From: Neoechinorhynchus agilis
Lineage: Eukaryota > Animalia > Acanthocephala
Direction: 5' to 3'
Length of the DNA: 64,000 nucleotides
Assembly: GCA_051530055.1 (NCBI GenBank)
Contig: CM121341.1
Span: 11,324,784-11,388,783, forward strand
This document shows, in pieces, positions 1-12,830 of this stretch. The notes beneath the pieces were generated by a model. It was not told the DNA's origin and did no database searches. It saw only the letters and a list, made by a program, of their open reading frames with translations. The translations under genes and the position numbers were made by a program. The number at the start of each line of letters is the position of its first letter. The stretch's first letter is position 1.

Positions 1-660
1 GTAAATCCCCAATTGGTGACAAACACAATCGATAATAAGCGAGTCTGAATAAGATAATATTCAACGTGACGTCACGAATGAATAAATCCTCAATTGGCGA
101 TGATCGTAAGCCGTAATGAACAAATCTGAATAGAATAATATTAAACGTGACGTCACGAATAAATCCCCAATTTGAGATAAACTCAAACGACAACAAACGA
201 GCCTGAATAGGATAATATTATACGTGACGTCACGAATGAATAAATACTAAATTGGCGATAAACTCAAACGGAAAAAACGAATCTGAATAGAATAATATTA
301 AACGTGACGTCACGAATGAATAAATCAGAAATTGGCGATGAACTCAAACCGTAATAAAAACATATTTGAATGGAATAATATTTAAAATGACGTAACGAAT
401 GAATAAATCCCATATTGGCAATGATCTTAAGCCGTATTGAACGAATCTGAATAGAATAATATTCAAGATGACGTTACGAACGAGTAAATCCCCAATTGGT
501 GACAAACACAATCGATAATAAGCGAGTCTGAATAAGATAATATTCAACGTGACGTCACGAATGAATAAATCCTCAATTGGCGATGATCGTAAGCCGTAAT
601 GAACAAATCTGAATAGAATAATATTTAAAATAACGTCACGAATGAATAAATCAGAAATTT
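1..660. repeat. Tandem array of diverged ~81-bp units (about 8 copies, truncated by the window edge) with a 483-bp six-unit higher-order repeat
   Basis: AATTGG-type anchors recur at 11, 92, 169, 250, 330, 413, 494, 575, 656. Positions 1-140 recur near-identically from 484. Most units carry the 12-bp palindrome CGTGACGTCACG (e.g. 65-76). Confidence 0.93.
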
Positions 661-1975
661 GCAATGGAGATTGTACACACACATTTGCGTAGACTTGAAC
701 AACAGTTTACAAAAAATTGGTGTCGTCCATACCAACAATAATTGGTGTCGTACTTTGGGTGTGGAAATTGCTGTGAAATTCAAAAAAATTTAATTGAAAA
801 AGTAACAATCTGAAACGAAGTACACTAATTTCCTTGTCGATCTCAGATTTCACAATATAAAGCGTTTAAATGTGCTTAATCCATTTGTTCTTTCATATAT
901 TCAAGATCGATGACGTAACATTACTCAAAAGTATACGTTAGCGACGTCATTATCCGTTTCTTTTTGTGAGTATTTATTCTGCACCAAATCTGCTTGTGTA
1001 CATGCTGCAAAAATCCTCTTCATCACCGAATGTTTAATCACTACTTGCTAATGGATCAGCTGATTGACTAAACTCATCGATGGCGCAATTCAGAATCATT
1101 TGTTTTGAATTCGGGAAGAATTCCAATATTGCGTCTGTTTACGTCGTCCACATATTGTATCGTTTTACCATTTCTGCGGGCAAGGATTATGAAGTTTCAG
1201 CGTGCTAACAATCCGGTGGGTCCATTAGTATAATCCTTTTTATGGCGAATTATAATAATTGATTTATTAAGGCCTACGCGAAGACCAAAAATTATCAAAT
1301 TAATCAACTATTATAATTCGTTATAGAAAAGTAAATGATGAACATCTTTACAATATTGGCATAACGACGCACTGATTACAAAATGTTTATCAATTTCCTA
1401 ATGTTAACTGCGTACACCGTGAAAAACAAGTTAATTGTTTATGAATAAAGCAATTAATGTGGTGATAATTGCTGTCGACAAGAAAGAACATTCTTATGAT
1501 TATAATGTTGATTGTCTTGCGAATTAGCACTAGGGAGCTATTTCTCTGCTTAATTTTGTGTGCAAGTTTCGACTCTCTTTTAATTCTCCTTCCACATAAA
1601 CGCGTATTTTTTGTTTTAGGAAAAAAATTTACAGAATATACCATAAATATCAAAATAATTCGTTTTTGAGAAGTGTCTAACACATTTTAAAGAAGCGCTA
1701 GATCTTTACTTTAGTCTTAAGATTTCACTCCATTTTTTAATCGACCGATATTTCTTATGATTATGCAATCGATTTAGGATTTTATAAGCAACTTAAAACC
1801 CCATAATTTTCAAAACAATTTATTTTGAAAAGTGTCGGACACATTTTAGAGAAGCGCTAAATCTTTACTTAAGTCTTAAAATTTAACTCCATTTTTTAAT
1901 CGACCGATATTTTTAATGATTAAGCAATCGATTTAGGATTTTTTAGGCAACTTAAAACCCCATAATTTTCAAAAC

Positions 1976-2399
1976 TCACAAACTGTTATATGCCTTGCCG
2001 TTTTCGTCCTCAATTGTCGCCCGAATACTTGCAGTGTTGCCTCTCAACACGGCGATGCTGATATTTTGAACCAGATGTGAACTTGATTTTTCATTAACGG
2101 TTGTAACCTGAAGGCGTCGCTTCAGATCCTTCAGAAGTTGAAGAGCCTCGCTACCAAGAGATCCGTAGGTCTAAATCCCCAAAGGTGCAAACAAATGGGT
2201 TAATCGAGGTATTTCGTCGTTTTCCGTCCTTCCGCCGCGCTCCCTGCACCTCATGCTTGAATCATCGAGAATTTGAGGTTGCTGGCCGCGAGTGTATCGA
2301 CACAAGTGGCGTCCCGGAGGAAACATTTACCTTCCCGTCACGGAAATACGATCACCCCATCAGGTCTACGCCCGTCGTCCCTACAGAGGTTGGCAGGTT
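1976..2399 (-). mobile_element. 3' fragment of a CRE-clade non-LTR retrotransposon (restriction-like endonuclease domain), pseudogenised, copy 1
   Basis: Minus-strand translation [32 protein letters not shown]...AAEGRKTTKYLD matches the RLE motif RPDG...[10 protein letters not shown]...AE..K..KY. In-frame stops present. Confidence 0.85.
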
Positions 2400-2717
2400 A
2401 AAAAATTCATTTTAAAAAGTGCCTGACACATTTTAGAGAAGCGCTAATTTTTTCTTGTCTTAAGATTTCACCCCATTTTTTAATCGACCGATATTTCTTA
2501 TGATTATGCAATCGATTTAGGATTTTATAAGCAACTTAAAACCCCATAATTTTCAAAACAATTTATTTTGAAAAGTGTCGGACACATTTTAGAGAAGCGC
2601 TAAATCTTTACTTAAGTCTTAAAATTTAACTCCATTTTTTAATCGACCGATATTTTTAATGATTAAGCAATCGATTTAGGATTTTTAGGCAACTTAAAAC
2701 CCCATAATTTTCAAAAC

Positions 2718-3141
2718 TCACAAACTGTTATATGCCTTGCCGTTTTCGTCCTCAATTGTCGCCCGAATACTTGCAGTGTTGCCTCTCAACACGGCGATGC
2801 TGATATTTTGAACCAGATGTGAACTTGATTTTTCATTAACGGTTGTAACCTGAAGGCGTCGCTTCAGATCCTTCAGAAGTTGAAGAGCCTCGCTACCAAG
2901 AGATCCTTAGGTCTCAATCCCAAAAGGTGCAAACAAATGGGCTAAATCGAGGTATTTCGCCGTTTTCCGCCCATCCGCAGCGCTCCCTGCACCTCATGCT
3001 TGTACTAACGCGAACTTTGGATTGCTGGTTGCGAGTGTATCGACACAAGTGGCGTCCCGGAGGAAACATTTACCTTCCCGTCACGGAAATACGATCACCC
3101 CATCAGGTCTACGCCCGTCGTCCCTACAGAGATTGGCAGGT
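2718..3141 (-). mobile_element. 3' fragment of a CRE-clade non-LTR retrotransposon (RLE domain), pseudogenised, copy 2
   Basis: Minus-strand [14 protein letters not shown] ... AKYLDLAHLFAPFGIET*GSLGSEALQLLKDLKRRL...SHLVQNISIAVLRGNTASIRATI...* matches the CRE C-terminus (PF.VETLG...QRISIAIQRGNAASI). Confidence 0.85.
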
Positions 3142-3567
3142 TAAAAATTCATTTTGAAAATGCCTGACACATTTTAGCGAAGCGCTAATTCTTTTCTTTA
3201 GTCTTAGGATTTCACTCCATTTTTTAATCGACCGATATTTCTTATGATTATGCAATCGCTTTAGGATTTTTTTAAGCAACTTAAAACCCCATAATTTTCA
3301 AAATAATTCGTTTTGAATAGTGTCTTACACATATTAGAGAGAAGCGCTAAGTCTTTTCCTTAATCTTAAGATTTCACTCCATAATAAAATCGACCGATAT
3401 TTCTTATGATTATGCAATCGATTTTGGATTTTTTGAGCAACTTAATGCTTTTTAAATACTACTGTAAGTCATTATTTAACGATCTAATTGAAGTTACATT
3501 GTCACGCATTTTCCTGATTCTGATTAGAAAAACGTAACCATTTCTTCGATTTTAGATTTGTTCGATA

Positions 3568-4638
3568 ATGTCGCTTTCACTTTCATCTAGTACGTACAAC
3601 CGTCAGAATTGGGAAGATTCTGATTTTCCGGTTTTATGCGAGACGTGCCTCGGCGACAACCCGTACGTACGAATGATCAAGGACAAGTACGGAAAGGAAT
3701 GTAAAGTTTGCGAACGTCCATTTACGACATTCCGATGGTGTCCAGGTCCGCGAATGCGTTACAAAAAGACCGAAATCTGTCAGTCCTGTAGTCGTCTTAA
3801 GAATGTATGCCAGACCTGTCTGCTCGACCTTGAATACGGTTTGCCGGTCCAAGTTCGAGACCACGCTCTTCAGATAAAATCAGATATTCCTTCCAATCCA
3901 GTGAATCGCGAATATTTCATGCAAGCGATTGAGAAAAAAATGGAAAACAGCGCAAAACCCTATGGGCCGCTGGCTCTTCCTCATGGAAACAACGACATTC
4001 TGACTAAATTAGCAAGGACATCTCCTTACTATAATCGGAATCGGCCCCATATCTGCTCATTTTGGGTCAAAGGTGAATGCCGTCGAGGAGAAGAATGTCC
4101 TTATCGTCATGAAAAACCCAATGATCCCGAAGATCCCATGTCTGATCAGAATATTAGAGATCGTTATTATGGCCGTGATGATCCTGTTGCCGATAAACTC
4201 CTAAAGCGTTATGCCGAAATTCCGAAGCTCATGCCGCCGGAAGATCGATCTATCACCACCTTGTTTGTTTCCAATCTCGAAGATGGGATATGCGAGCGAA
4301 ATATTCGTGATTATTTTTATCAGTTTGGAGAAATCGCTTCTATCAATATGACTAAACGCGCTAGTGCATTTGTTCAATTCACTACGAGAGACGCTGCTGA
4401 AAGAGCCGCCGCAGTTTCGTTCAATAGAGCTGTGATCAATGGAAAGAAAGCGACTGTATGTTGGGGTAGGTCGGCCGTTCAAATGGACGAAGATGTGAGT
4501 GTCGGTGGACTACCTCCTCCTCCTAGTAAAGTAAACGATTTCTTCAATCTCAGCGGATCAAAATCTTCTCGACTCATGTATCCATCGCAGGATCCAAGGA
4601 GACTTGGGAGCTTCGGACGCACTAGTAAACCATATTGA
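3568..4638 (+). CDS. RBM22: Pre-mRNA splicing factor RBM22/Cwc2-Slt11 (zinc-binding N-terminus, CCCH finger, RRM); CDS intronless
   Basis: [83 protein letters not shown], then [12 protein letters not shown]...[15 protein letters not shown]. Confidence 0.97.
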   Translation: MSLSLSSSTYNRQNWEDSDFPVLCETCLGDNPYVRMIKDKYGKECKVCERPFTTFRWCPGPRMRYKKTEICQSCSRLKNVCQTCLLDLEYGLPVQVRDHALQIKSDIPSNPVNREYFMQAIEKKMENSAKPYGPLALPHGNNDILTKLARTSPYYNRNRPHICSFWVKGECRRGEECPYRHEKPNDPEDPMSDQNIRDRYYGRDDPVADKLLKRYAEIPKLMPPEDRSITTLFVSNLEDGICERNIRDYFYQFGEIASINMTKRASAFVQFTTRDAAERAAAVSFNRAVINGKKATVCWGRSAVQMDEDVSVGGLPPPPSKVNDFFNLSGSKSSRLMYPSQDPRRLGSFGRTSKPY

Positions 4639-4980
4639 TTATAAAACGATTTGTATTCGATGTTGGCAGTCGCAGGTCGGTCTAATCATTTTTTGTCGAT
4701 TGATTCATGATTGGACAATAAGCTTATATTTCTTTAGTATTTGAACTCAGTTCAACAGGTCATTTTTGTCTTCCGCTCCCTAAAGGTTTCTCGAAAAAGA
4801 ACCAAAATAATTGAGGTCTTGATTTAATTGTTCTAGGAATGTTTTGAAAATACTTTTATCCTGGGATAGTTGTGATGTTTAGCTGCTCGTGAAGAAATTT
4901 ATGGGCACGATCATCAGCGATAAAAAATGATTTTGAGATTGAATGGTTTTGATCGTACCAAAGTTGGGCACTATTTTTTG

Positions 4981-5179
4981 TTTTGACTTGTGGTGAAGAT
5001 ACTCCCAGTTCAAAATCACTTTATTCTTCTGAAATATTTCGAAAGAGGAAACCTGACTTTCTCAATCATTGTTAAAGTGTTTCATTCGTATTTAAATAGA
5101 ACACTAACGATGATTGAGAAGGCGAGGTAAGAACAATAAAATGATTTTTAACCGAGAGTATCTTCACCACAAGTCAAAA
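4981..5179. repeat. ~200-bp foldback element (nested inverted repeats), related to the module in the 350-bp satellite
   Basis: TTTTGACTTGTGGTGAAGATACTC (4981) is the reverse complement of GAGTATCTTCACCACAAGTCAAAA (ending 5179). Inner arms TTCTCAATCATTGTTA / TAACGATGATTGAGAA also pair. Confidence 0.8.
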
Positions 5180-6123
5180 TTTAACATCCCGATGGATTTT
5201 CTCGATATGATTATTTTTTGTATTTAAAGGGAATCACTAGCAGATTTAAAAAAATTTAAGCTTAGGTGCCAAATAATAATGAATTGAACAGAAGTTAAAT
5301 ATGTTTCAAACTTGATTAATGAGAAGTACCATAAATATTTCATGCTTCCCAAATGCCTAAAGATGAATCACATGCATTCTCTTGGATTAAATCGTTAATC
5401 AAAAACGTTTTGACTGCTTTAGCATCGGGGAAAAGGTCGAATTTAAAGCAATGAGCCTTCTTTTTAAACGCTCGAGTCTCAACTTTTGACTCTAGTCAAC
5501 AAAGAATTATTCGAGATATCTTTTCAATGCATCTTACGCAATACACAAATAAATTTGGAGATTTAGTAATTTCATTTAATAAAACTTGTCTTTTTCTTAA
5601 GTGATCCTCTGTAGCTGTAGATGTAAACAATTACCGGTGATAGATTGATTCAATATGTATATTTATTCTTCTCTATAAAATAAATTTAGACTTTAACCTC
5701 GATGTAATGCATGTTTAAATCAAACTGTACTTTGTTTTTGGGCACCTCTCGAGACTTTGTTAGCGTAACAATCGATGGGTATCCAACGCAAACATTTTAA
5801 CCCATACGAAATTTACAAAGTCAAGATGAAAATTCTATTGACGACTATAATGGATCGCTTAAGTGTCTCACTTACGCTCAGAATTTATAACTTCCGTCGT
5901 TTAGGATCTACTCCTTGCCATATTGAATTACTTTATGCTTTTAAGTCCCCATTCTAAAGTTTTGAGTATGTCATGTCCTAGAGGTGCTCCTTATAAAAGC
6001 GATCGGAAACGCGCTATCAAAGTACTAAACCCCTTTCGGATCCACACGACAAGCAAACTGATCAAGCTTTTTTCGTGAGTACTCCAATATTAGACTTATA
6101 TTTCACACTTTGAACCCTTAGAA

Positions 6124-7051
6124 ATGCACGCTGGATCTATTGCTCTAATATGTTTTTCGATATTGGTCAGTAAATTCGATCATATTTTTATATAAAATTC
6201 TGCCCACCTCTTTCCAGAATAGCATTCAAATATATGGCGTATATTGCCGAAACTCGTGGAATTCGCGGTCACTCGTCAGATATCCATTTCTATATTCCGA
6301 TAATATAGGTAGACCCATCTCTTCTACTGCGCTTCGGAATTGGCGTAGTGATCCATACTATAAACGGGACGAACTGCTGTCTGGTGATGAAGGAACTAGC
6401 GAGATTGTAGATATCAGTCGCAAAATGACGACCCTTGAAAATGAAGAGAATGACTTAACCGAAAGCGCTATTAAGCGTAACAGTGAGCGTTCATCGGCCA
6501 AAAAATATAATCATTTCTCGAAGAATATTGTGGAAGACACAAAAACAGAAAAACAAGGAAAGATTAAGAATCGCCAACGTAAACATTCATTGCCGGCTGG
6601 GGAGGACCGTGAGTGGTCAAGTGAAATTGTGGATTTCGTACTCAACGGACCACTAATAACTAAAGACGGATATGAGTTTTCAAACAAGGCCGTTAGATAT
6701 AAGCGGCATAATATGCGTTCAATGATGCAAGATCCAAATGATCGGACGAAGAAGATTGTGGATTTCAGACGCAGTTACATTCCCGATGACAGCGAGGACC
6801 AAGCATTGGATAATGGCGAAGATAATTGGTCAAGCTCAGTGGTCAATACCGGTATTTATGAGCTTCCTGTGTTATCCCATAAGATCGCTGAACTGAATCA
6901 CGAAGCACCGTTAATAAATAGTGATGTTCAATGGCGGTCAAAACGGATTTATTGGCCGAGATTGGACGGTGTACATTCTCCTAGTAATTATGCAATGGAT
7001 TATTCTCAAATTCCTAGAGGAATAAATGATTTCAGAAAAAGATTTCTATAA
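6124..7051 (+). CDS. Two-exon orphan, ~291 aa, predicted secreted (exons 6124-6165 and 6218-7051)
   Basis: GT-AG intron 6166-6217 joins MHAGSIALICFSIL in frame to an open frame running through the listed ORF 6425-7051. Hydrophobic N-terminus looks like a signal peptide; many KR/RK/KK/RR pairs. No family recognised. Confidence 0.6.
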
Positions 7052-7813
7052 TGCAAAGACGAGAATACCAAATATAAAGCCGTTGTATTGTCTTTAAATT
7101 TTAAATACATCCACGTCGTTCAGTTAATAAGCTTCGTCGGTAGATTGCCGATTGACCTTTCAATCGCATGTTGTATTTTCGATTGTGTGACACTTAGTTA
7201 AGCTTGATTGCTGCATATTAATTAATTATTTAGCCCGTAGATATTCTTTAACTGGAAATGCTTTTAGCTAAAAGGGTTTTCTACTGGGAGAAGGCTAAAA
7301 CAAAAAATTTAATCACGCATCCCCGCCGGTACCTCTTCACATATCCGCAATGTTGTTTAACTTTATGGAAAGAAAGTATACAAATGGAATGAGTGTAAGA
7401 GATACAAGACAGATAATTTTAAGATCAAGCTATCAATTGAATTAGATCGGCGTTGAAAGGTTCGAGATCTTTTTGAGATCGACAGCGAGAGATGTACTTC
7501 GCATTAAAAGGGAGTTGGTATTTTCAAAATGAAAGTTTATTTAAGCTCATTGAAGGTTTAGGAAATGTATACCTTCAGAACTTCTATCTGTTTATAAGGA
7601 TTCATTGTTCGTAAATCCGAACGGCAAGCATTGAGTAAAAGAAAGAGTCAATATTTTAGAATTAATGAACATTTTGCTTCGAATCTTGGTCGAAGTATCG
7701 GTCTCTTTCGCTTCGGCAATCGCAATGGAAATCTTGAAACTGATAATCAAATAAGATAAAATCTAAAGCCCTAAGCAATACTCGCGTATTTTACAATTGC
7801 ACTTACTTAGAAA

Positions 7814-8510
7814 TTGTTTTTGTGACGTCGGTCACCCACACATTTATTTGATCGAATTTTCGAGACTCGCCGGTCTCCTCTTCAGGTGTTTTCAACATCT
7901 AAAACACAAACAAGCGCTAGGTCATGAGCGGATATCTGTGGTTGATAACTTCAGGGTCACATTCCCTTTGTTACCTTCCATATGTTTTTGTCGCTCGGCC
8001 TGTTCTATCATCATGGACTCCATTATGAGCCTTCGTTGTAGGTGATCCTCACTCATTAACATTGCTGCATTTTCAAATCCGATAGAGTGCGAGTTTTCGT
8101 GCGCATGGTTCAACATCGCTGACGTCGTGCCCCCGTCCGCATGACGTAACGGTGTTGTCTAATGCGCATGTCCAGCCGCTGCATTGTTTGACCGATGCAC
8201 ATGGTTTTGCAATCAAGACAGGGAATAACGTACACTCCTCGAACACCCTTTCGCATCGGTTTGCGTTTGAAAATGCCAGCCAATGTGGGATCACTTTTCG
8301 TGAAGATCTCTGCGTCTGGATCAATTCTTTTCACTTGCGCCTCTGCCAACGGGCATGACGGACCCGGGGTCCTGAGTCAAAACGTGAATTGATGTTGAGC
8401 GAGCGCTTGTTTGTGTTTTAGGTGTTGACAACACCTGAAGAGGAGACCGGCGAGTCGCGAAAATTCGATCAAATAAATAAATGTCCGGGTGAGAGACGTC
8501 ACAAAAACAA
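7814..8510 (-). mobile_element. 5'-truncated Penelope-like element: GIY-YIG endonuclease remnant flanked by ~105-bp inverted terminal repeats
   Basis: GVRGVYVIPCLDCKTMCIGQTMQRLDMRIRQHR (8110-8349) and HAHENSHSIGFENAAML...RRLIMESMMI (7922-8116) match Penelope GIY-YIG. 7814-7918 is the reverse complement of 8402-8510. Confidence 0.88.
8435..8470 (+). ncRNA. Hammerhead-ribozyme-like core in the Penelope inverted repeat (second copy on the minus strand at ~7850-7885)
   Basis: CTGAAGA-G-GAGAC-CGGCGA-GTC(T/G)C-GAAA-ATTCGATC. Stem II GAGAC/GTCTC is perfect in the left copy; stem I pairing is poor. Confidence 0.55.
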
Positions 8511-9446
8511 ATATACTATCCAATCAAAGAAACAACTTGACCTTTTACTTAGAAATCATATACGATAACATTTACTATGAATATTGGCTGATTATGTCAT
8601 CAACATAAACACAATGAATCATTTTCTAATTTTATTAAACTTATTTAATGAGTGCGAAAAGTAATTAAATCGAAACAGTATTTGTAACCAGTCGATATTA
8701 CGATGAACGTTTTTTCGGGGAATTAAACTTTGGACGTGTTTTTTACATGATAGGACAATTTTTTATTGAAGCCACGCACCTATGCAATTTTGTCAATTTC
8801 ATTTCAAAGTTCAAGCAAATAATTTTCGTTAACAAGTTTTATTACGATGAAACTAACTTCTGTTTGCATCTACGATAATTATAAATAAAGAAAATATAAA
8901 CTGTTTACACAAATTTTAGGGTAATAGTGTTTTTCCCGCGATTTAAGAGACATCGTAGCACAAAAACGATGAATTAAATTTCATCAAATATTTGGCTGCT
9001 CTAATAACCTATCGTCTCTTAGGTGTGCCCATAAATAATATACGTCTTTTCTAATTTTATATGAAAACTCGACATCCTGCTTGAGAGAATTTAATGCAGG
9101 AAAACCCTTCGGACCGGTGTTTTAAAATTATCAAAAATAAGTATTTAGCAGGCTGTCGTTCTTTTCGCCATAAAGGAAAAAAACAGGTCGGAACATAAAG
9201 AGTTATAGATTTGTTAGATTTTTAAAGCTAACGAAGATTTGGGTTATTAACTTCGTTTAATTTGAGTTTATCCTGCAAAGCGTTCAATAGACACGTCCTC
9301 CAATTGCAAATTTTTAGGATCTTGAATGTGCGTTATTATTTTAAGAGCAAACGGAAATTGCAGTTTATTTTTTGACGAAAATCTCAAAAAACGTCTTCGG
9401 ATCGCTCTATATAGCTCTACCTTTATAAAGAACCAGTCGTTGTTCA

Positions 9447-10948
9447 TTAATCCTTGCTAAGGATGTGATCCAAAGACCACGTTATCGTTGACTTTATACC
9501 TGTAGCACTTTTCCTTTCATGGCTACCAGTCTTCGTTTTGCCACTGAGGACACCGTTATTTACTACAGTTGTCAGACTTGAAAGATTGATGCCAGAATTC
9601 GAAGTTTCGTCAATGTTCAATTTTTTAGCGCCACTATTTTTGTTACCGTAAAAAAATGGTGCTCCTTTAAGATCACTTTTACAATTGAAAGTTGCGATTT
9701 GCGGCATAATTGGAAACCTGACAGTGTTCTGATTGGTCGCTGCTTGGAGCATATAGGCGTAAAGCATTGGATCGTACACGAACGCGAGTGTGGATCTTTG
9801 CCTTTTGTCTTTCATTCTTCGATTTTGAAACCATACCTATAATGGGAAGTACGCTATTCTCTTAAGTCCGGTGAACTTTCAATCGCGCATCATTTTAAAA
9901 ATTACAAAAAAAATTAATACTCAAAAATTCCATCAGCGTAGCTTAATGCGCTTCCTATTTTTACATTTAAATAAAGAAGGATTCTTGACGGAAATGGCTT
10001 TAAGTTCTAAAAGGATTGAGAGATTAATAGCCGGGAAACCACAAAAAATTTCAATATCAGCACGCTTCTTGTGTGACCTAAATTTGATGTATTTCATAAA
10101 TTCCAAACAACTTTTTATATTTAAAACCATGCTTTTTCATTTGCTGGATAAGCGCGTTATCAATAAAAGTCTATTATGTTTAGCATTATAAAAAAATAAA
10201 TTTTGTCTTTAATGAAGATACACGTACTAAGTTACTAATATCATCAGAGACCTAGAGAAAACTCGGCGTTGAATTCCGAGATCGCGGAATCAAATTTACA
10301 AACAGCAAATTAGATTTCCTGCTATTGGATGATTTCAGTTGACAGTTTAAAGCTGCTATTTTTATTAGTTATTGATGAACTGTAATGCCATCTAAAGTAT
10401 TAATCGTTTTTATACTGTGGAAAGTTTAGCCGGAAAAAGGCCTGCATTAAAATCAAACTACTAAGAAATCCTTAATTGTTATGAAATTTATAGTTTTAAA
10501 TTACGCAGCCTTACAATTGTATTACAAAATCTAGTTTGTTAAGTATCAAAAATATAAGCGTTGTATCTCCCGTCATAAAAGTTATTAAGTAGTGCACATA
10601 AATAAAAAACGCTTGCCAAGAACAGCTTCATTTAAAGAATTAAATATCCCCCATTTTTGCAACAAATGAAAATTTCAACTAACATCATTTCTATTAAAAA
10701 AAGATACATAAGATTAAACTGACCTTAATAGTACTTTCGGTAAGATTTAATTGCACAGCCAACTCACATCGCCGTTGCCTCGAAATATAATTGTCCTTAG
10801 CAAACTCCTTTTCGAGCAAATCAATTTGTCTTTTTGAGAAGGCAGTCCTATATCTTTTGGTACTTTCTGACGACATTTTGGCTAAGATTGGATTCACCGA
10901 ATTCCAGCCATATTCATTATTGGTGTCACGTTTAAATTGAGCGCACAT
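9447..10948 (-). CDS. eve: Even-skipped/Evx homeobox protein, two exons (10948-10724 and 9836-9447)
   Basis: [45 protein letters not shown]|[14 protein letters not shown], joined by a phase-0 GT-AG intron 10723-9837. Homeodomain is of the Evx type; true N-terminus uncertain. Confidence 0.92.
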
Positions 10949-12830
10949 ATTTCAGAAGCAACAGCACTGTCGCCGATGCTGACTTTAGATACTGATTCTC
11001 ATTTGCACGGATGCTCGGTGGATTGTGCAGCGTGTGTTTTGGTTTTCCTATTTATTGGCAATAAGTTCCTTTAGATGTAAGACAATTCCTTAGGTCTGAT
11101 GTACACGCTCCCGTGTGCTATTATTCCACTTCTCACCATTAGACGTATTAAACATATGATTGGCTACACGATATCTTACCAGATAACATCCCAAGGGATT
11201 TTTTGCGGGATATGCTGCGTGAGATCAGAGATGTCGACATGGACGAGAGATGAGGCATTTGCGATGTCATGGTTATTCCACATAAGTGGGCAAAGGTGCA
11301 TTTACGAAATTCTTGGATTATTCGTATTTTGTTGATTGCCGTTGATCAAATACGTCTCTAAAGATCGATGCTATGTGGCTAAAATGACCGTTATGGAACT
11401 AGATCTCGAGAACAAATGATCGATAAACAATTGTCTTTATAGGCAATTGTCTTTGTCTAGAATTTACCAGCCATTATGCTCCCCTCCTTACATGCGAAGA
11501 ATCCTTCGTTCCTGATGTGGATAATCGTAAATTGTCATACTGATTTATGCGGTGCTACAAGTGCAGATGATTCAGATTAGACTAATTCCATAAAAGATAG
11601 ATTCGTTTAGGAGTGACTGATAAGGTATCGGAGCAAATCGCATAGCTGAAACATGGATTTTTTCAGCGAAGTGACGAATGGATTGTTAAATAATCTAAAC
11701 GTTAAAAGTCATTCGCTCGAACTTATTCATTATTGACTTTTTTCATAATTAGGTTTGGTTCATGTTCAAATCGGTGAAGAAATTATCCTTAAACATTGGA
11801 ATCTAAATAAACGAAAAATATATCCGTGTTTATAGTCGTTAGTTTCATCCTAAGAAATTTGTTTGCGGAATACGGATTTCTACCTTTGGCGAGGGCAAGT
11901 TCCAGGATATTTATTCGTTACTTAACAATGATTTGAGATTCTCAAACGTGGCACTTGGTACTTTTTGCCCGTCCAGAAGTTGATGAATTTGATTAATGAA
12001 ATTATACTTGTAACGATGGTATGCTCATCGCTAAATTGCGTCGAAAGTGAAATATAATCTGGAAAAATGTAAAAATATAATTGAAAATATCGAAGTTAAA
12101 CCGTAACTTCGAATGTTGCGACTTTACAACCAAAACGATCATTATTAAAAAAATGTGGAAGCAGAGCTCTGCTATTCACCCATTGCTTATAAATAAAAAC
12201 CAATCAATTATCTCACCGTAATGATAGAGAAACATTATTTATTTTGAATGTTGTTGTTTTTCGTAACTTTATACAAAAATGGTTAATTAGTTTTTTTCCA
12301 GCCCGTTGCCATTTTTTTGAGTTAACTTTATCAAATTTGTCACTAAACGAGTATACTAAATATCAGAATTTTGTATTTTCTCCAATATAATGTTAGTAAC
12401 ACATAATTTTAGCTAAAATGTAAATTAAAATTCGGCTTTCTTACTAGAATTGAACGATTTCAAAACATTAAGAAGAGTTAATTGTCTAATGAGTACAAAA
12501 AGTAAAAACGCCCTAAAATTAATCTCTTTCTTATATGATTGATGATCGATAATGTCTTAATTTTCTATAAGTTAAATGAGGTCTCGAATGAACGATTAGA
12601 ATGTGAGTCATGTATCCACAATTACTATCCGGATTTTCCAGAGAGCGCCCATGTTGCTCAAACAAATTGCAGAAAGCTGCGTTCATTTCAAGCTTAAAGA
12701 TAGAATCATCAACAATCCATTCATTCGTTAAACAAAAACGCAAAATTTGAATGTTGCTAATAAAATTCAGAATAGATTTATTTTTGCATTTGACAAATTT
12801 CTTTTTATAAGTACACACATAATAAAAAGC

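Larger units (their letters stand above)
1660..3447. repeat. ~152-bp satellite arranged as [A-B-insert] x2 + A-A'; 742-bp higher-order duplication
   Basis: Unit TTTTGAAAAGTG...AAACCCCATAATTTTCAAAA occurs six times. The block around 1670-2410 repeats 742 bp later (AAACTCACA at 1972 and 2714). Confidence 0.9.

Noticed and set aside
1-660. CRISPR-like conserved-repeat/variable-spacer pattern
   Set aside because: The variable segments are homologous to each other and recur in the higher-order repeat. The context is eukaryotic with no cas genes.
344-682. ORF with 27-aa repeats (LRR-like LRSLPIW)
   Set aside because: It is the 81-bp satellite read in frame. It has a stop at 344, indels in other units and no LxxLxLxxN motif.
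1976-3141. TGA at an expected Trp position suggesting an alternative genetic code
   Set aside because: TAA also interrupts the same element, and host genes translate and terminate normally with the standard code.
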